Shown here: one piece after another, positions 1 to 8,653 of the stretch
Layout of the letters: each line of letters begins with the position of its first letter
How positions within the stretch are numbered: position 1 is the stretch's first letter
NCBI GenBank assembly: GCA_964503265.1
Contig: CAZCYO010000003.1
Span: 91,575 to 155,574, forward strand
Length of the DNA stretch: 64,000 bases
Direction of reading: 5' to 3'
DNA from: an uncultured Gammaproteobacteria bacterium
Lineage (GTDB): Bacteria; Patescibacteriota; Microgenomatia; Levybacterales; UBA12049
Notes under the pieces: model-generated
What the model was told of the DNA's origin: nothing
The model's input: only the letters and a program-made list of their open reading frames with translations
Databases searched by the model: none
Translations under genes and position numbers: made by a program

Positions 1-146
1 TTAACGAGAAGAACTTCATTTTTATGATTTACAATAACACCTGTTACGCCAACTAAAAATTCATCATTAAACATACGCATAATAAAAAGCTGTAGATCTT
101 TGGGTAAGTTGAGTTGTCGCCAAAGTTTTGCGAGAAAATGATACAT
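1..146 (-). CDS. Nudix hydrolase, 5' portion only (gene runs off the window start)
   Basis: Reverse-strand ATG at 144-146. Translation MYHFLAKLWRQLNLPKDLQLFIMRMFNDEFLVGVTGVIVNHKNEVLLV matches the beginning of a Nudix fold (VGVxGVIxNxxxEVLLV). It is below the ORF-track length cutoff. Confidence 0.3.
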   Translation of the reverse strand, partial: MYHFLAKLWRQLNLPKDLQLFIMRMFNDEFLVGVTGVIVNHKNEVLLV

Positions 147-203
147 AAAAAAGCGTCTAGTAGTAGTTTACTACATATGAGGTAACGGCTGTCTCTCAAT
201 ACG

Positions 204-2000
204 CTATTTGTTCTTAGTTGCTATGGCAATGTATTCTTTGATTTCTTCAATAAATATATTTCCATATCGCTCAAGTTTTTGTAATCCAACACCTTTAATC
301 TCAGAAAATGCTTCTTCTGTTTGAGGAAAGTAACTAGCCATTTCTTGAAGAGTTACATCTGAAAATATGACATAAGGCGGAACATGTGCTTTATCTGCAA
401 GTTTTTTTCGTACTTCTCTAAGTCGTTGGAATAGAACAGCATCGACCGCTTGAGCAAGTGCTGTCTTACGTTTTTTTGGTTGTTTCTTCTCTTTCTTAGT
501 GAGGAATATTTCTTCCTTTCCTTTAAGAACAGGTGTCGCAGATGGTGTTAATGTGAGAGAACTATATCCATCTGTACTCTCTTGTATATATCCACGGTAA
601 ATAAGCTCTCTGATGAAATCTTTTATTTCGGGCAAAGAATAGTCGGATAACAGTCCAAAAGTCGAAATCGTATCATGTCCTTTTTCAACTGCTTTTAGTG
701 TTTTTAATCCAAGTAATACTTGTGATATATGATGTGCACCAAATACTTGCCCGGTTTTATATATACATGAGAGGATTTTCTGCGTAATAATTGTTCCATC
801 AAACGTTTCTTTCGTTGTTGTACAAATATCACAATTATTACAGTTGTCTTTCTCAAAAGTCTCTCCAAAATAAGATAACAAAACCTTTCTGCGACATGCA
901 AAACTCGTTGCATAGTCAGTTACCATTTTAAGATGGTCCCTGGCTGATTTCTGTTCGTTAGGTGCTGCTTGTTTTATGAAATGTTCAATTGTAATTTTAT
1001 CTCCAAAACTAAATAGTAAGATACATTCGCTTGGCAGCCCATCACGTCCCGCTCGTCCTGTCTCTTGGTAGTATTGTTCAAGATTTTTAGGGAGTCCATA
1101 ATGAATAATATAGCGAACATTCGGTTTATTAATTCCCATGCCAAAAGCGACTGTCGCAACTACTACATCACAATCGTCGTTAATAAATCGTTCTTGATGA
1201 TCTCTTCTTTCTTCATCACTGAGTCCTGCATGATAGGATAGAACATTGATTCCTTCTTTTTTAAGTACTGTTGTTATATCGTCAACTTTGTCTCGAGTTT
1301 GGCAGTAAATAATACCTGACTCTCTACTATGTTGAGAAACAATCTCAAGAATTTGTCCATAGCCCTTTTTTTTCTCTGCAACACGGTATGACAAATTTGG
1401 TCTATTAAAGCTTGCTTGGTACGTTTTTGATATTGTGAGATGAAGCTGTGATACGATATCTAGAGCAACAGTTTTAGTGGCTGTTGCTGTTAAGGCGATG
1501 ATGGGGGTAGTTGGAAAGTTCTTTTTCAGAAGCGAGAGTTGTCTATATTCAGGTCGAAAATCATGACCCCACTGCGAGATGCAGTGCGCTTCGTCAATTG
1601 CAAAGAAAGATAGAGATAACTCTTTTAGCATCTCAAAGAAAGAAGGTTGAGTAAGTCTTTCAGGCGCCACATAGAGTAATTTAACAATTCCTTTTTTAAC
1701 ATCTGAGACAATTTTTTGCTGTTTACTTGCAGGAAGGGAACTATTTAAGAAGGCAGCTGCAATACCATTTTGCGTCAAAGCATCTACTTGATCTTTCATA
1801 AGTGAGATGAGTGGAGAAACTACAATAGTTATTCCATCCATAACCATTGCTGGTACCTGGTAACATAACGATTTTCCACCACCAGTTGGCATTAAGACAA
1901 ATACGTCTTTTCTGTCTAACACATCTGAAATTATTGTTTTTTGTAGTGGCCTAAATGAGCTGTATCCAAAATATTTCTCAAGTGCTTGATCTGCTGTCAT
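204..2000 (-). CDS. recQ: ATP-dependent DNA helicase RecQ
   Basis: 598 aa. N-terminal YFGYSSFRPLQ, Walker A MPTGGGKSLCYQ and DEAH box (AIDEAHCISQWGHDFRPEY). Zn-binding Cys cluster and C-terminal HRDC-like region are present. Confidence 0.9.
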   Translation of the reverse strand: MTADQALEKYFGYSSFRPLQKTIISDVLDRKDVFVLMPTGGGKSLCYQVPAMVMDGITIVVSPLISLMKDQVDALTQNGIAAAFLNSSLPASKQQKIVSDVKKGIVKLLYVAPERLTQPSFFEMLKELSLSFFAIDEAHCISQWGHDFRPEYRQLSLLKKNFPTTPIIALTATATKTVALDIVSQLHLTISKTYQASFNRPNLSYRVAEKKKGYGQILEIVSQHSRESGIIYCQTRDKVDDITTVLKKEGINVLSYHAGLSDEERRDHQERFINDDCDVVVATVAFGMGINKPNVRYIIHYGLPKNLEQYYQETGRAGRDGLPSECILLFSFGDKITIEHFIKQAAPNEQKSARDHLKMVTDYATSFACRRKVLLSYFGETFEKDNCNNCDICTTTKETFDGTIITQKILSCIYKTGQVFGAHHISQVLLGLKTLKAVEKGHDTISTFGLLSDYSLPEIKDFIRELIYRGYIQESTDGYSSLTLTPSATPVLKGKEEIFLTKKEKKQPKKRKTALAQAVDAVLFQRLREVRKKLADKAHVPPYVIFSDVTLQEMASYFPQTEEAFSEIKGVGLQKLERYGNIFIEEIKEYIAIATKNK

Positions 2001-2075
2001 GCGACTAGTATAGCGTAGAACTCGTAAAAAAACTTTCTTCTTGCAATCTGTCTGATTTTAGAGAATACTTAGTAT

Positions 2076-2660
2076 ATGGTAAAGAAAAAATCGATAAAAA
2101 AGCTAGCTGTTTCTCCATCATTTTTCTCCATGCATAGACATGCGAGATGGCTACTTGGATTATTTATTGTGGTAAGTATAGTATTTCTTGGTGTTCATCA
2201 TAAATCTGATCTTGACCAAGAACATGAATTAAACCGCTTACTTATTCGTGCAACGAATAGTACTATTTCATGGAAAACATATAAAAATCCTGTAGGAAAA
2301 TTTATGATTCAATATCCTGCTAATTGGAAATTAGTTGAATCTCATGAAAAAAGTAATAGAGAAGTTGACGATCCAAAAGAAATAAATACTGCTACTCTTT
2401 CAGGATCAGATGGAGAGATTGTTCTAGCGTGGGGACCAATGGGCTTTGGTGGTAGGTGCGATGATAAAAACCATACAACCATGCGATTAAAAGAAATGAA
2501 GGTTTCTATCTGTAGTGGTGTAACGAACGGAAAATATTATTGGGACCAAATTTATCCAGCAGATCGTGATCCTGCCTTTGGAGCTCGTGCTACTGCGTCA
2601 GATACCGAAACAGGTAATGTGATCACCAATATTTTTGCTACTCTCTCCTTCGATAAATAG
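2076..2660 (+). CDS. hypothetical membrane-anchored extracytoplasmic protein
   Basis: 194 aa. N-terminal hydrophobic anchor (WLLGLFIVVSIVFLGV) followed by a soluble domain with no recognisable motif. An alternative start lies at 2130. Confidence 0.4.
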   Translation: MVKKKSIKKLAVSPSFFSMHRHARWLLGLFIVVSIVFLGVHHKSDLDQEHELNRLLIRATNSTISWKTYKNPVGKFMIQYPANWKLVESHEKSNREVDDPKEINTATLSGSDGEIVLAWGPMGFGGRCDDKNHTTMRLKEMKVSICSGVTNGKYYWDQIYPADRDPAFGARATASDTETGNVITNIFATLSFDK

Positions 2661-2741
2661 CGTTTTATCAATGTGATAAGGCTACTATAAATTATAATAG
2701 CATTGTGCTATTATTCAGCTGTCTTTCGTACTTACCGATTT

Positions 2742-3509
2742 ATGTCACAAGGTATATCTAAGTATATAGGTTTTATAATAGGAGCGATAATCCTCATAGG
2801 TATCATTATTGTTCTCTTTCCAGTTGTTGTTATTAGAGCAGGTGATCGTGGTGTCGTTTTTAACAATCTTTCAGGTTTGGAGAACAGAATTCTTGATGAA
2901 GGTATTCATGTGCGGATTCCGCTTGTTGAAAACGTTACCCATGTTTCGGTTCGAGTTCAAAAAACAGAAGTTCATGCAGAAGCTGCAAGTAAAGATCTTC
3001 AGACTGTTAATACAGATATCGTGGTGAATTGGCATATGGATGCATCTCGGGTAAATAGAATCTATCAAGAAATTGGGAATGAAGAAGCAGTTCAGGATCG
3101 TATTTTAACTCCAGCAGTAAGTGAAGTTGTAAAAGCAGCGACTGCAAAAAATACAGCAAGTGATGTCCTTGCTAAACGTGCAGAGCTAAAACTCTCGATA
3201 GATAAAGCTCTATCTGACAGGTTAAAAAAATATAGTATTTTGTTGGATGATGTTTCGATTGTCAATGTTAACTTTACCCCAGAATTTAACCGTGCGATTG
3301 AAGATAAACAGATTGCGCAACAGCAAGCTGAACAAGCCAGATTTTTAGTAGAAAAAGCACGAAAAGAAGCAGAAGCAAATTCATTAAAACAACAATCTCT
3401 TACTCCACAAATTCTTCAACAACGAGCTCTTGAAAAATGGGACGGAAAATTGCCTATTTATTTTGGTGGTACTACGCCACTTCCTTTTATCACAATTCCT
3501 CAACCATAA
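2742..3509 (+). CDS. SPFH/band-7 (prohibitin/HflC-like) membrane protein
   Basis: N-terminal TM (IGFIIGAIILIGIIIVLFPVVVI) then a band-7 core (RGVVFNNLSG...IHVRIPLVENV...VNTDIVVNW) and a C-terminal Ala/Gln-rich coiled coil. The ORF-track start at 2703 also remains possible. Confidence 0.7.
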   Translation: MSQGISKYIGFIIGAIILIGIIIVLFPVVVIRAGDRGVVFNNLSGLENRILDEGIHVRIPLVENVTHVSVRVQKTEVHAEAASKDLQTVNTDIVVNWHMDASRVNRIYQEIGNEEAVQDRILTPAVSEVVKAATAKNTASDVLAKRAELKLSIDKALSDRLKKYSILLDDVSIVNVNFTPEFNRAIEDKQIAQQQAEQARFLVEKARKEAEANSLKQQSLTPQILQQRALEKWDGKLPIYFGGTTPLPFITIPQP

Positions 3510-3532
3510 GCTCGTTTGGTACAATACCTTCA

Positions 3533-4045
3533 ATGAATCATATTACATTTTCGCTAAAACATACGATTTGTTTTTGTATTGTTGAAGATACTATTTTAGT
3601 AATCTTGCGTAACAACGAGCCAAATAAACATAAGTGGAATGGCTTAGGTGGAAAAATTGAAAACGGAGAAACACCTGAAGAAAATATTATACGAGAAGTA
3701 AAAGAAGAAGCTGAAATCGATCTTCAGCGTGCGAAAGATTTTCGATTTACTGGGATTGTCAGCTGGAAATCAAAAAGAGAAGAAGGGGTTGTTTATGGTG
3801 GCATGTATGCGTATATTGCACACTTTTCGAGTCCGATGCTGTTTGCAAATCGAGATACTCGTGAAGGACTTCTTTCGTGGAAAAAGAAAGAATGGTTATG
3901 TGATTTCAAAAACGATCAGGTTGCAGAAAATATTCCCTTCTTTTTGCCAGCAATGATGTCAACTAATTTAGTACAAGAATATGCGTGTACATATCAATTC
4001 GGAAAACTTGTACACTTTACGACAAAACCACTTAGAGAAGTATGA
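3533..4045 (+). CDS. Nudix hydrolase
   Basis: Nudix box GGKIENGETPEENIIREVKEEAEI (GX5EX7REUXEEXGU). Start moved from the ORF-track 3437 to the internal ATG at 3533, which matches the usual Nudix N-terminus. Confidence 0.7.
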   Translation: MNHITFSLKHTICFCIVEDTILVILRNNEPNKHKWNGLGGKIENGETPEENIIREVKEEAEIDLQRAKDFRFTGIVSWKSKREEGVVYGGMYAYIAHFSSPMLFANRDTREGLLSWKKKEWLCDFKNDQVAENIPFFLPAMMSTNLVQEYACTYQFGKLVHFTTKPLREV

Positions 4046-4060
4046 GCATTCTTATGAGAG

Positions 4061-4798
4061 CTAGTAAGGAAAACTAATAATAGTATGTTCGATGATTCCC
4101 AGAACTGATAATCTCAGATTGGGAAATTGTAATGTTTTCCCAGATGTTCTTATATGATTTCGAAGTAATTCTATACTAGGTAGCTTCTTGGTTGTTAGTA
4201 TCTTTGCTTTCTTTTCAGGGTTACCAAAAAGAGTATAGATGGGATGATCTGCGATGGCGTTTGGGTAAGAAGATAATAACGGTAAATCTGTTCCTATTCG
4301 TATTCTCTCACGTTTTGTCTGTCTACCTAGTATCCGTGTAGCTTTTTTCAAAGATGTGTATCTTTCAGGAGATAAGTGCATCGTCTGGTTACACATCACA
4401 CCTTTACAGCGACAACTGTGACTACAAGGATTACAGAAGCTAGTTTGAGGACTGAGTAGATATGAAATAGTTATCTCCTCACCAGGAAAAATTCGTCTAA
4501 GTGCAAAAAATAATGTATGTCCTTTATAGGTATACATCCAACAATTTGGCGTACAAGAATGGTTTATAAGATATATATCTGGTTTAGATATATCGGGGAA
4601 AATTGACGCATAATCGTGATAATACATCAAATAAAAGTGTTCACCTTTTTCGTAGATATCTGCATTCATCGGGTGAATTACTTTGCCCGTATAATCACCA
4701 ATTATTGTTCCTGGTGCAATCTTTTTTTTTGTAAATAGTCCCTTTCCTTTATCAATAGTGTCTCGTACTTCCCATGAGGAATCGTTAAGAAAAATCAT
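4061..4798 (-). CDS. SET-domain protein-lysine methyltransferase-like protein with post-SET Cys cluster
   Basis: GKGLFTKKKIAPGTIIGDYTG (SET-N), the NHSCTPNC motif (nt 4541-4564, verified codon by codon), EEITISY (ELxxDY-like) and post-SET CNPCSHSCRCKGVMC. Confidence 0.7.
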   Translation of the reverse strand: MIFLNDSSWEVRDTIDKGKGLFTKKKIAPGTIIGDYTGKVIHPMNADIYEKGEHFYLMYYHDYASIFPDISKPDIYLINHSCTPNCWMYTYKGHTLFFALRRIFPGEEITISYLLSPQTSFCNPCSHSCRCKGVMCNQTMHLSPERYTSLKKATRILGRQTKRERIRIGTDLPLLSSYPNAIADHPIYTLFGNPEKKAKILTTKKLPSIELLRNHIRTSGKTLQFPNLRLSVLGIIEHTIISFPY

Positions 4799-4826
4799 AG
4801 GGGAATTTTATCACAGACGGGTACAT

Positions 4827-5396
4827 CTAATTGCCACAGTTAGGCCATGCAGACCGTCCACCAGTCGAGAGTTTAAAGGCTGCAGTTCTAATCGATTCTC
4901 CTGGGTCAAATCGAAGTTGAGGGTTTGAGTCCATTCCCATAGCATTTCTAGTACTAGTCCATGAACTTTCTGAAAATTGAAACATTCCCCCATATGGGCC
5001 ATTTTGCGCACTACTATTCATTCCAGATTCACATTGTGCAATTCGTTTAAGAAGGTCTTTATCAACACTATAGTGATTAGCATGGTCTGTAAATAACGCT
5101 TCAAGATCAACAGGAACAGATGGTGTCGGAGTAGCTGTTACCGTTGGCGTCGGAGTAGCGGTGGGAGTAGGTATTGTCGTTGGAGCAAGTGTTGGAGTGG
5201 GTATGTCGGTTGGTAGGGGTGTTGGAGAAGGAATGATTGCAAGTTTTGTTTGATTTTTTGTTGTTATACGTGGCTTTGCGTATTGCATAAGTACACGAGG
5301 TTGAGGGATTGGGCTAATGAATTGTGGAGTCGGTGAGAACAATGTCCCGAAAGACACGAGTGATGCAGTTACCAGGCTGGCAAGGTTTCCTAGCAT
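4827..5396 (-). CDS. secreted transglycosylase-like (Rpf-like) domain protein with Pro/Thr-rich linker
   Basis: Signal peptide, linker PTPTLAPTTIPTPTATPTPTVTATPTPS, and C-terminal IAQCESGMN...YGGMFQFSESSWT resembling the resuscitation-promoting-factor transglycosylase-like fold. Confidence 0.5.
   Translation of the reverse strand: MLGNLASLVTASLVSFGTLFSPTPQFISPIPQPRVLMQYAKPRITTKNQTKLAIIPSPTPLPTDIPTPTLAPTTIPTPTATPTPTVTATPTPSVPVDLEALFTDHANHYSVDKDLLKRIAQCESGMNSSAQNGPYGGMFQFSESSWTSTRNAMGMDSNPQLRFDPGESIRTAAFKLSTGGRSAWPNCGN
5096..5234. repeat. Pro/Thr-coding low-complexity repeat (inside the Rpf-like gene)
   Basis: Degenerate ggNgtNgg repeats on the top strand encode the PT linker. The antisense ORFs they create are artefacts. 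Confidence 0.5.
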
Positions 5397-5440
5397 ATAA
5401 TTATTTTAGCATAATCGATCAGTGATGATGCAAGTAGGCG

Positions 5441-6667
5441 TTAGAATTTGAGGAAGGGAAAGTAGAATTTAAAATTGTTTTCCATGATCTTTCTTATCGC
5501 ATTGAAGTATCCAAATACATCAGTTGCTGGATTTGGGAGAGGCATAGGAGTCGTTGTTGGTGTCACAGAAGGTGTTGTACTAGGTGTGGGTGTTAGTGAA
5601 ACAGTGGGTGTAGGAGTAGCACTTGGAGTTGGTGTTACTGCTGGCTGTTGAGCGCTAAAGCACGCCCATGTGTAGGGGTTTCCCACAACTGTTTGAGTAG
5701 CCGTTGCATCAGCGACATTGTATTGCCATACACAAGCAGCTGTAAGATTTACAGCTTGGTTATCTCCAGAACATTTCCACGTAGTATCGACTAACGTTGC
5801 AATTCCTTTATTTTGGTTCTGGCAGTAGCCACTAATATCGATTCCACCTATGTTGTATTTAACAGGCGTCGGAGTAGGCGTACTTGTTGGGATAGGTGTG
5901 GCTGTCGGAGTTGGGGTAAGCGTAGGTGTTGGGGTTATTGTTATGGTAGGAGTTGGCGTCGATAGAGGTGTTACTGTTGGAGTAATACTAGTTGTTGGAG
6001 TAGGAGTAACATTAGCAGGCTCAGTTGATGAGGCAGAATTTTGTGGTTGTGCTGTTGCTCGGACGATAAAGTCATTACTATTATTATCAGAATCCTCACC
6101 ATTTCCCTTAAATTCATCCGCCCCGCCAGTACTCATGGTTGTCACAGTAGATGTTGAAAGTGCTTTTCTCTCAATACTCTGTCCTGCTGTTGGATTAGCG
6201 GCAGCTGATGCTTCTATATCGGTAGCCGCTCCCATACCTACCTTATCAATTACAGATGAATCTGCATCGTAAAGCAGAATTGTGTTATCAATTGCGATTG
6301 AGCTAGAACTAGCAGAGTAAACCATATCTGGTGCTACAGGAATAGTTGTGTATGCTGGATTTGCGATAAGGAAAAAATGACGAGGAGCGACATTTCCAGA
6401 TAAGCTTGCGACTAAATTACTTTCTGTCCCACTAGAGGTTTTTTTCTTTAATTTAAAATTAGCCAGTGAAACAGAGGATTCAGTCGGATTATATAATTCA
6501 ATAAATTCTTGCTCAGCATTCCCTGCACCACTTCCTGCGATCTGGACTTCAGAAATTACAAGATGTCCTGCTACAGAATGCGTTGTGTTTGGGTGAAAAA
6601 GGGTTAGCGAGAAGATACTAATGGCGATAAGAAATATAGTGGTCGGCAGAATTCCACGAGGGTTCAT
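5441..6667 (-). CDS. secreted lamin-tail-domain (LTD) protein with two PT-rich stalks and a 4-Cys module
   Basis: Signal peptide, then LTD signature LVISEVQIAGSGAGNAEQEFIELYNPT. PT repeats lie at nt 5863-6016 and 5533-5638. The Cys module reads CQNQ...WKCSG...AACVW...WACF. Confidence 0.55.
   Translation of the reverse strand: MNPRGILPTTIFLIAISIFSLTLFHPNTTHSVAGHLVISEVQIAGSGAGNAEQEFIELYNPTESSVSLANFKLKKKTSSGTESNLVASLSGNVAPRHFFLIANPAYTTIPVAPDMVYSASSSSIAIDNTILLYDADSSVIDKVGMGAATDIEASAAANPTAGQSIERKALSTSTVTTMSTGGADEFKGNGEDSDNNSNDFIVRATAQPQNSASSTEPANVTPTPTTSITPTVTPLSTPTPTITITPTPTLTPTPTATPIPTSTPTPTPVKYNIGGIDISGYCQNQNKGIATLVDTTWKCSGDNQAVNLTAACVWQYNVADATATQTVVGNPYTWACFSAQQPAVTPTPSATPTPTVSLTPTPSTTPSVTPTTTPMPLPNPATDVFGYFNAIRKIMENNFKFYFPFLKF
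5533..5638. repeat. Pro/Thr-coding low-complexity repeat (LTD gene, second stalk)
   Basis: Encodes VTPTPSATPTPTVSLTPTPSTTPSVTPTTTP. Confidence 0.5.
5863..6016. repeat. Pro/Thr-coding low-complexity repeat (LTD gene, first stalk)
   Basis: Encodes [48 protein letters not shown]. Confidence 0.5.
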
Positions 6668-6788
6668 ATAATTAGAATAATCTCATAAGACATATTTGTC
6701 AAGAGATATTTTTACCCTATAATTCAGAATAAAATATGACATGTGTGTTCGTATACAGATCATAGTACTTTTGCTATTATACTTCTTC

Positions 6789-7187
6789 ATGACAAAATCT
6801 TTTGTAGATAGTTTAATCCAGAATATGAAAAAAGCAGAAATAGTAACGAGAGCTACTCCGTGGATGGTGGAAGGGGTAGGAGAAAAACAAATGCATGTTC
6901 GATTTGTAGGGATCAAACCATATGGTGAATGGAAAGATATTTTTTCTGAAAAGAATAATCTCTTGCTTAAGTTTATTATCGACAGAAAGTCTAGCTATTT
7001 TGAGTTTTACTTAGCGAATAAACCACCGTTTATTAAAATTATTACAAGAGACTTTAAAGACGGAGAAAAATGGGAAGTAATGCTTGGTGATATTAAACGG
7101 AGACTTCACAAAGATAAAAACGATGTACTCGCTCATATCAGTAGTGTTGGTAATATATATGAGCGAATTGAAAAAGATATAAAATAA
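6789..7187 (+). CDS. hypothetical protein
   Basis: Soluble ~132 aa ORF (MTKSFVDSLIQNMKKAEIV...) with no recognisable motif. The ORF-track start is 6741. Confidence 0.3.
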   Translation: MTKSFVDSLIQNMKKAEIVTRATPWMVEGVGEKQMHVRFVGIKPYGEWKDIFSEKNNLLLKFIIDRKSSYFEFYLANKPPFIKIITRDFKDGEKWEVMLGDIKRRLHKDKNDVLAHISSVGNIYERIEKDIK

Positions 7188-7220
7188 TTTTACTCACATA
7201 AAAAATATGGTACTATTTTT

Positions 7221-7370
7221 ATGATGAAAAAAGACACTTCCTCAACGCGTGATTTTGTTATCGCTTTAAGCTTATTTATTATCGGAACGTGTGTAATGTT
7301 GTATGTTGTTTTTGCGACACTTTCTTTTATTAATACGTCTCTTCTTCCCCAAGTTGGGACTCTCCACTAG
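7221..7370 (+). CDS. small hypothetical membrane peptide (49 aa)
   Basis: MMKKDTSSTRDFVIALSLFIIGTCVMLYVVFATLSFINTSLLPQVGTLH with one predicted TM. It is below the ORF-track cutoff and rests on weak evidence. Confidence 0.2.
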   Translation: MMKKDTSSTRDFVIALSLFIIGTCVMLYVVFATLSFINTSLLPQVGTLH

Positions 7371-7397
7371 TATTCATATTTACGGTATACTAGCTAT

Positions 7398-7967
7398 ATG
7401 ACGCTTGAACGAGTTGCCTCAATTATCTCAATTATTCTGGGGCCATTATGGATTCCGCTTATTTTATTGCTTCTCGTATTTAGAACAGGTCTTACGTTTG
7501 AACAACAGCTAATACTTATTCCAGTCCTTTTTGTGTTTCAATTGGTTCTCCCATTTATCTATATGGAAATGCTTATTCATAATAAAAAAATTTCTGACTG
7601 GGATATCCGAAAACGTGAGCAGCGATTTTTAGTATTACCGCTATTTACTATTATTACGGTACTTATTATGTTACTTGTTTATTTTTACGGAACACCACGT
7701 CTGTTCGAAATTTACGTCAGTCTCGCCTCGCTTATTTTCCTGGGAACACTTACTACGCTATTTTGGAAGATAAGTATGCATCTTATGTTAAACACTGCGG
7801 CAATAATTTTAACAAATGCTTTATTTGACTGGAGATTAACATTCTTATTTGTACTTATCCCACTTATCGGATGGTCAAGATACTATCTTAAACATCACAC
7901 CTTGCTACAAATTATTATGGGAACCTTATTATCGATAGTTGTTTTTTTTACTGTTTTCTCCTTTTAA
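7398..7967 (+). CDS. PAP2-family membrane phosphatase (undecaprenyl-diphosphate/lipid phosphate phosphatase-like)
   Basis: Polytopic protein with PAP2-like motifs. These are DIRKREQRF (KxxxxxxR), SMH (PSGH-like) and SRYYLKHHTLLQ (SRxxxxxHxxxD/Q-like). Confidence 0.45.
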   Translation: MTLERVASIISIILGPLWIPLILLLLVFRTGLTFEQQLILIPVLFVFQLVLPFIYMEMLIHNKKISDWDIRKREQRFLVLPLFTIITVLIMLLVYFYGTPRLFEIYVSLASLIFLGTLTTLFWKISMHLMLNTAAIILTNALFDWRLTFLFVLIPLIGWSRYYLKHHTLLQIIMGTLLSIVVFFTVFSF

Positions 7968-8613
7968 GCTGTATATCATAAAATTCAGATGCTAGTCTTG
8001 TTTGTTCAAGAACTTCTTGTGGGACAGGAGAAATTCTTCCCTGGATACTTCCTGCATGGTAAATACCGACTACTTCTGCTTTTGTTTGTGGTACACCATT
8101 CCTTGTTACAGGGACGACCATACCTCCACTATCTCCGAGTACAGCTTCGCCTGCTGTTAGCGTAAAGGAAGGATATTCATTATTGTCGTGTGGACAACGC
8201 ATTTTTTCTGCCATCGTACCTTCGATAATATGTTCTTGAAATATGCCATTCCCTGTGTGTCTTGTGACCAAAATGATAACTTCGTCTCCACATACTGGCA
8301 TTTCCCCAGTTTTCAATGGTGTTCTTTCCCCAATAGTGTATGGATATCTTCGACGTGAAATACCTGTATCTGGTGCATCATCTGGTGTATACGATACAAA
8401 TGACTCTTCACTTCGTTTTTTAGTATAGGGATGTAATATAACGACTGTCTCTTCTGTAATGTTATGTGCTGCAGTCATTATATGATCTCCAACACCTTCA
8501 ACCTCAATTGCCACAGCCTGTGCAACAAATCCGGGAGTTACTCCATCATATCCGTGTTCAATCACTAATGCTGCTTCCCGCATTTGTTCAAGCAAGCGCT
8601 CTTTATTCGCCAT
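7948..8613 (-). CDS. compact chymotrypsin-fold (S1) serine peptidase
   Basis: TAAHN (His box), PDDAPDTGI (Asp box) and GDSGGMVV (Ser box) in a 221-aa protein. There is no signal peptide and no PDZ domain. Confidence 0.5.
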   Translation of the reverse strand: MANKERLLEQMREAALVIEHGYDGVTPGFVAQAVAIEVEGVGDHIMTAAHNITEETVVILHPYTKKRSEESFVSYTPDDAPDTGISRRRYPYTIGERTPLKTGEMPVCGDEVIILVTRHTGNGIFQEHIIEGTMAEKMRCPHDNNEYPSFTLTAGEAVLGDSGGMVVPVTRNGVPQTKAEVVGIYHAGSIQGRISPVPQEVLEQTRLASEFYDIQLKRRKQ

Positions 8614-8653
8614 ACTGTATTATTAGCAGAATATGTAAGCAGAGTATAGAATC

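Noticed and set aside
5096-6016. CRISPR-like or tandem DNA repeats
   Set aside because: The only repetitive DNA is the coding PT-linker repeats, which are degenerate with no spacer-repeat periodicity. No CRISPR array, IS element, integrase or transposase was recognised anywhere in the window.
5850-6272. 140-aa plus-strand ORF (Gly/Val repeats) inside the LTD gene. Similar antisense ORFs occur at 39601-39843, 40114-40302 and 41052-41270.
   Set aside because: They are the reverse-complement reading of Pro/Thr-coding repeats (ggNgtNgg), low-complexity artefacts with no start context. The sense-strand genes are well supported.
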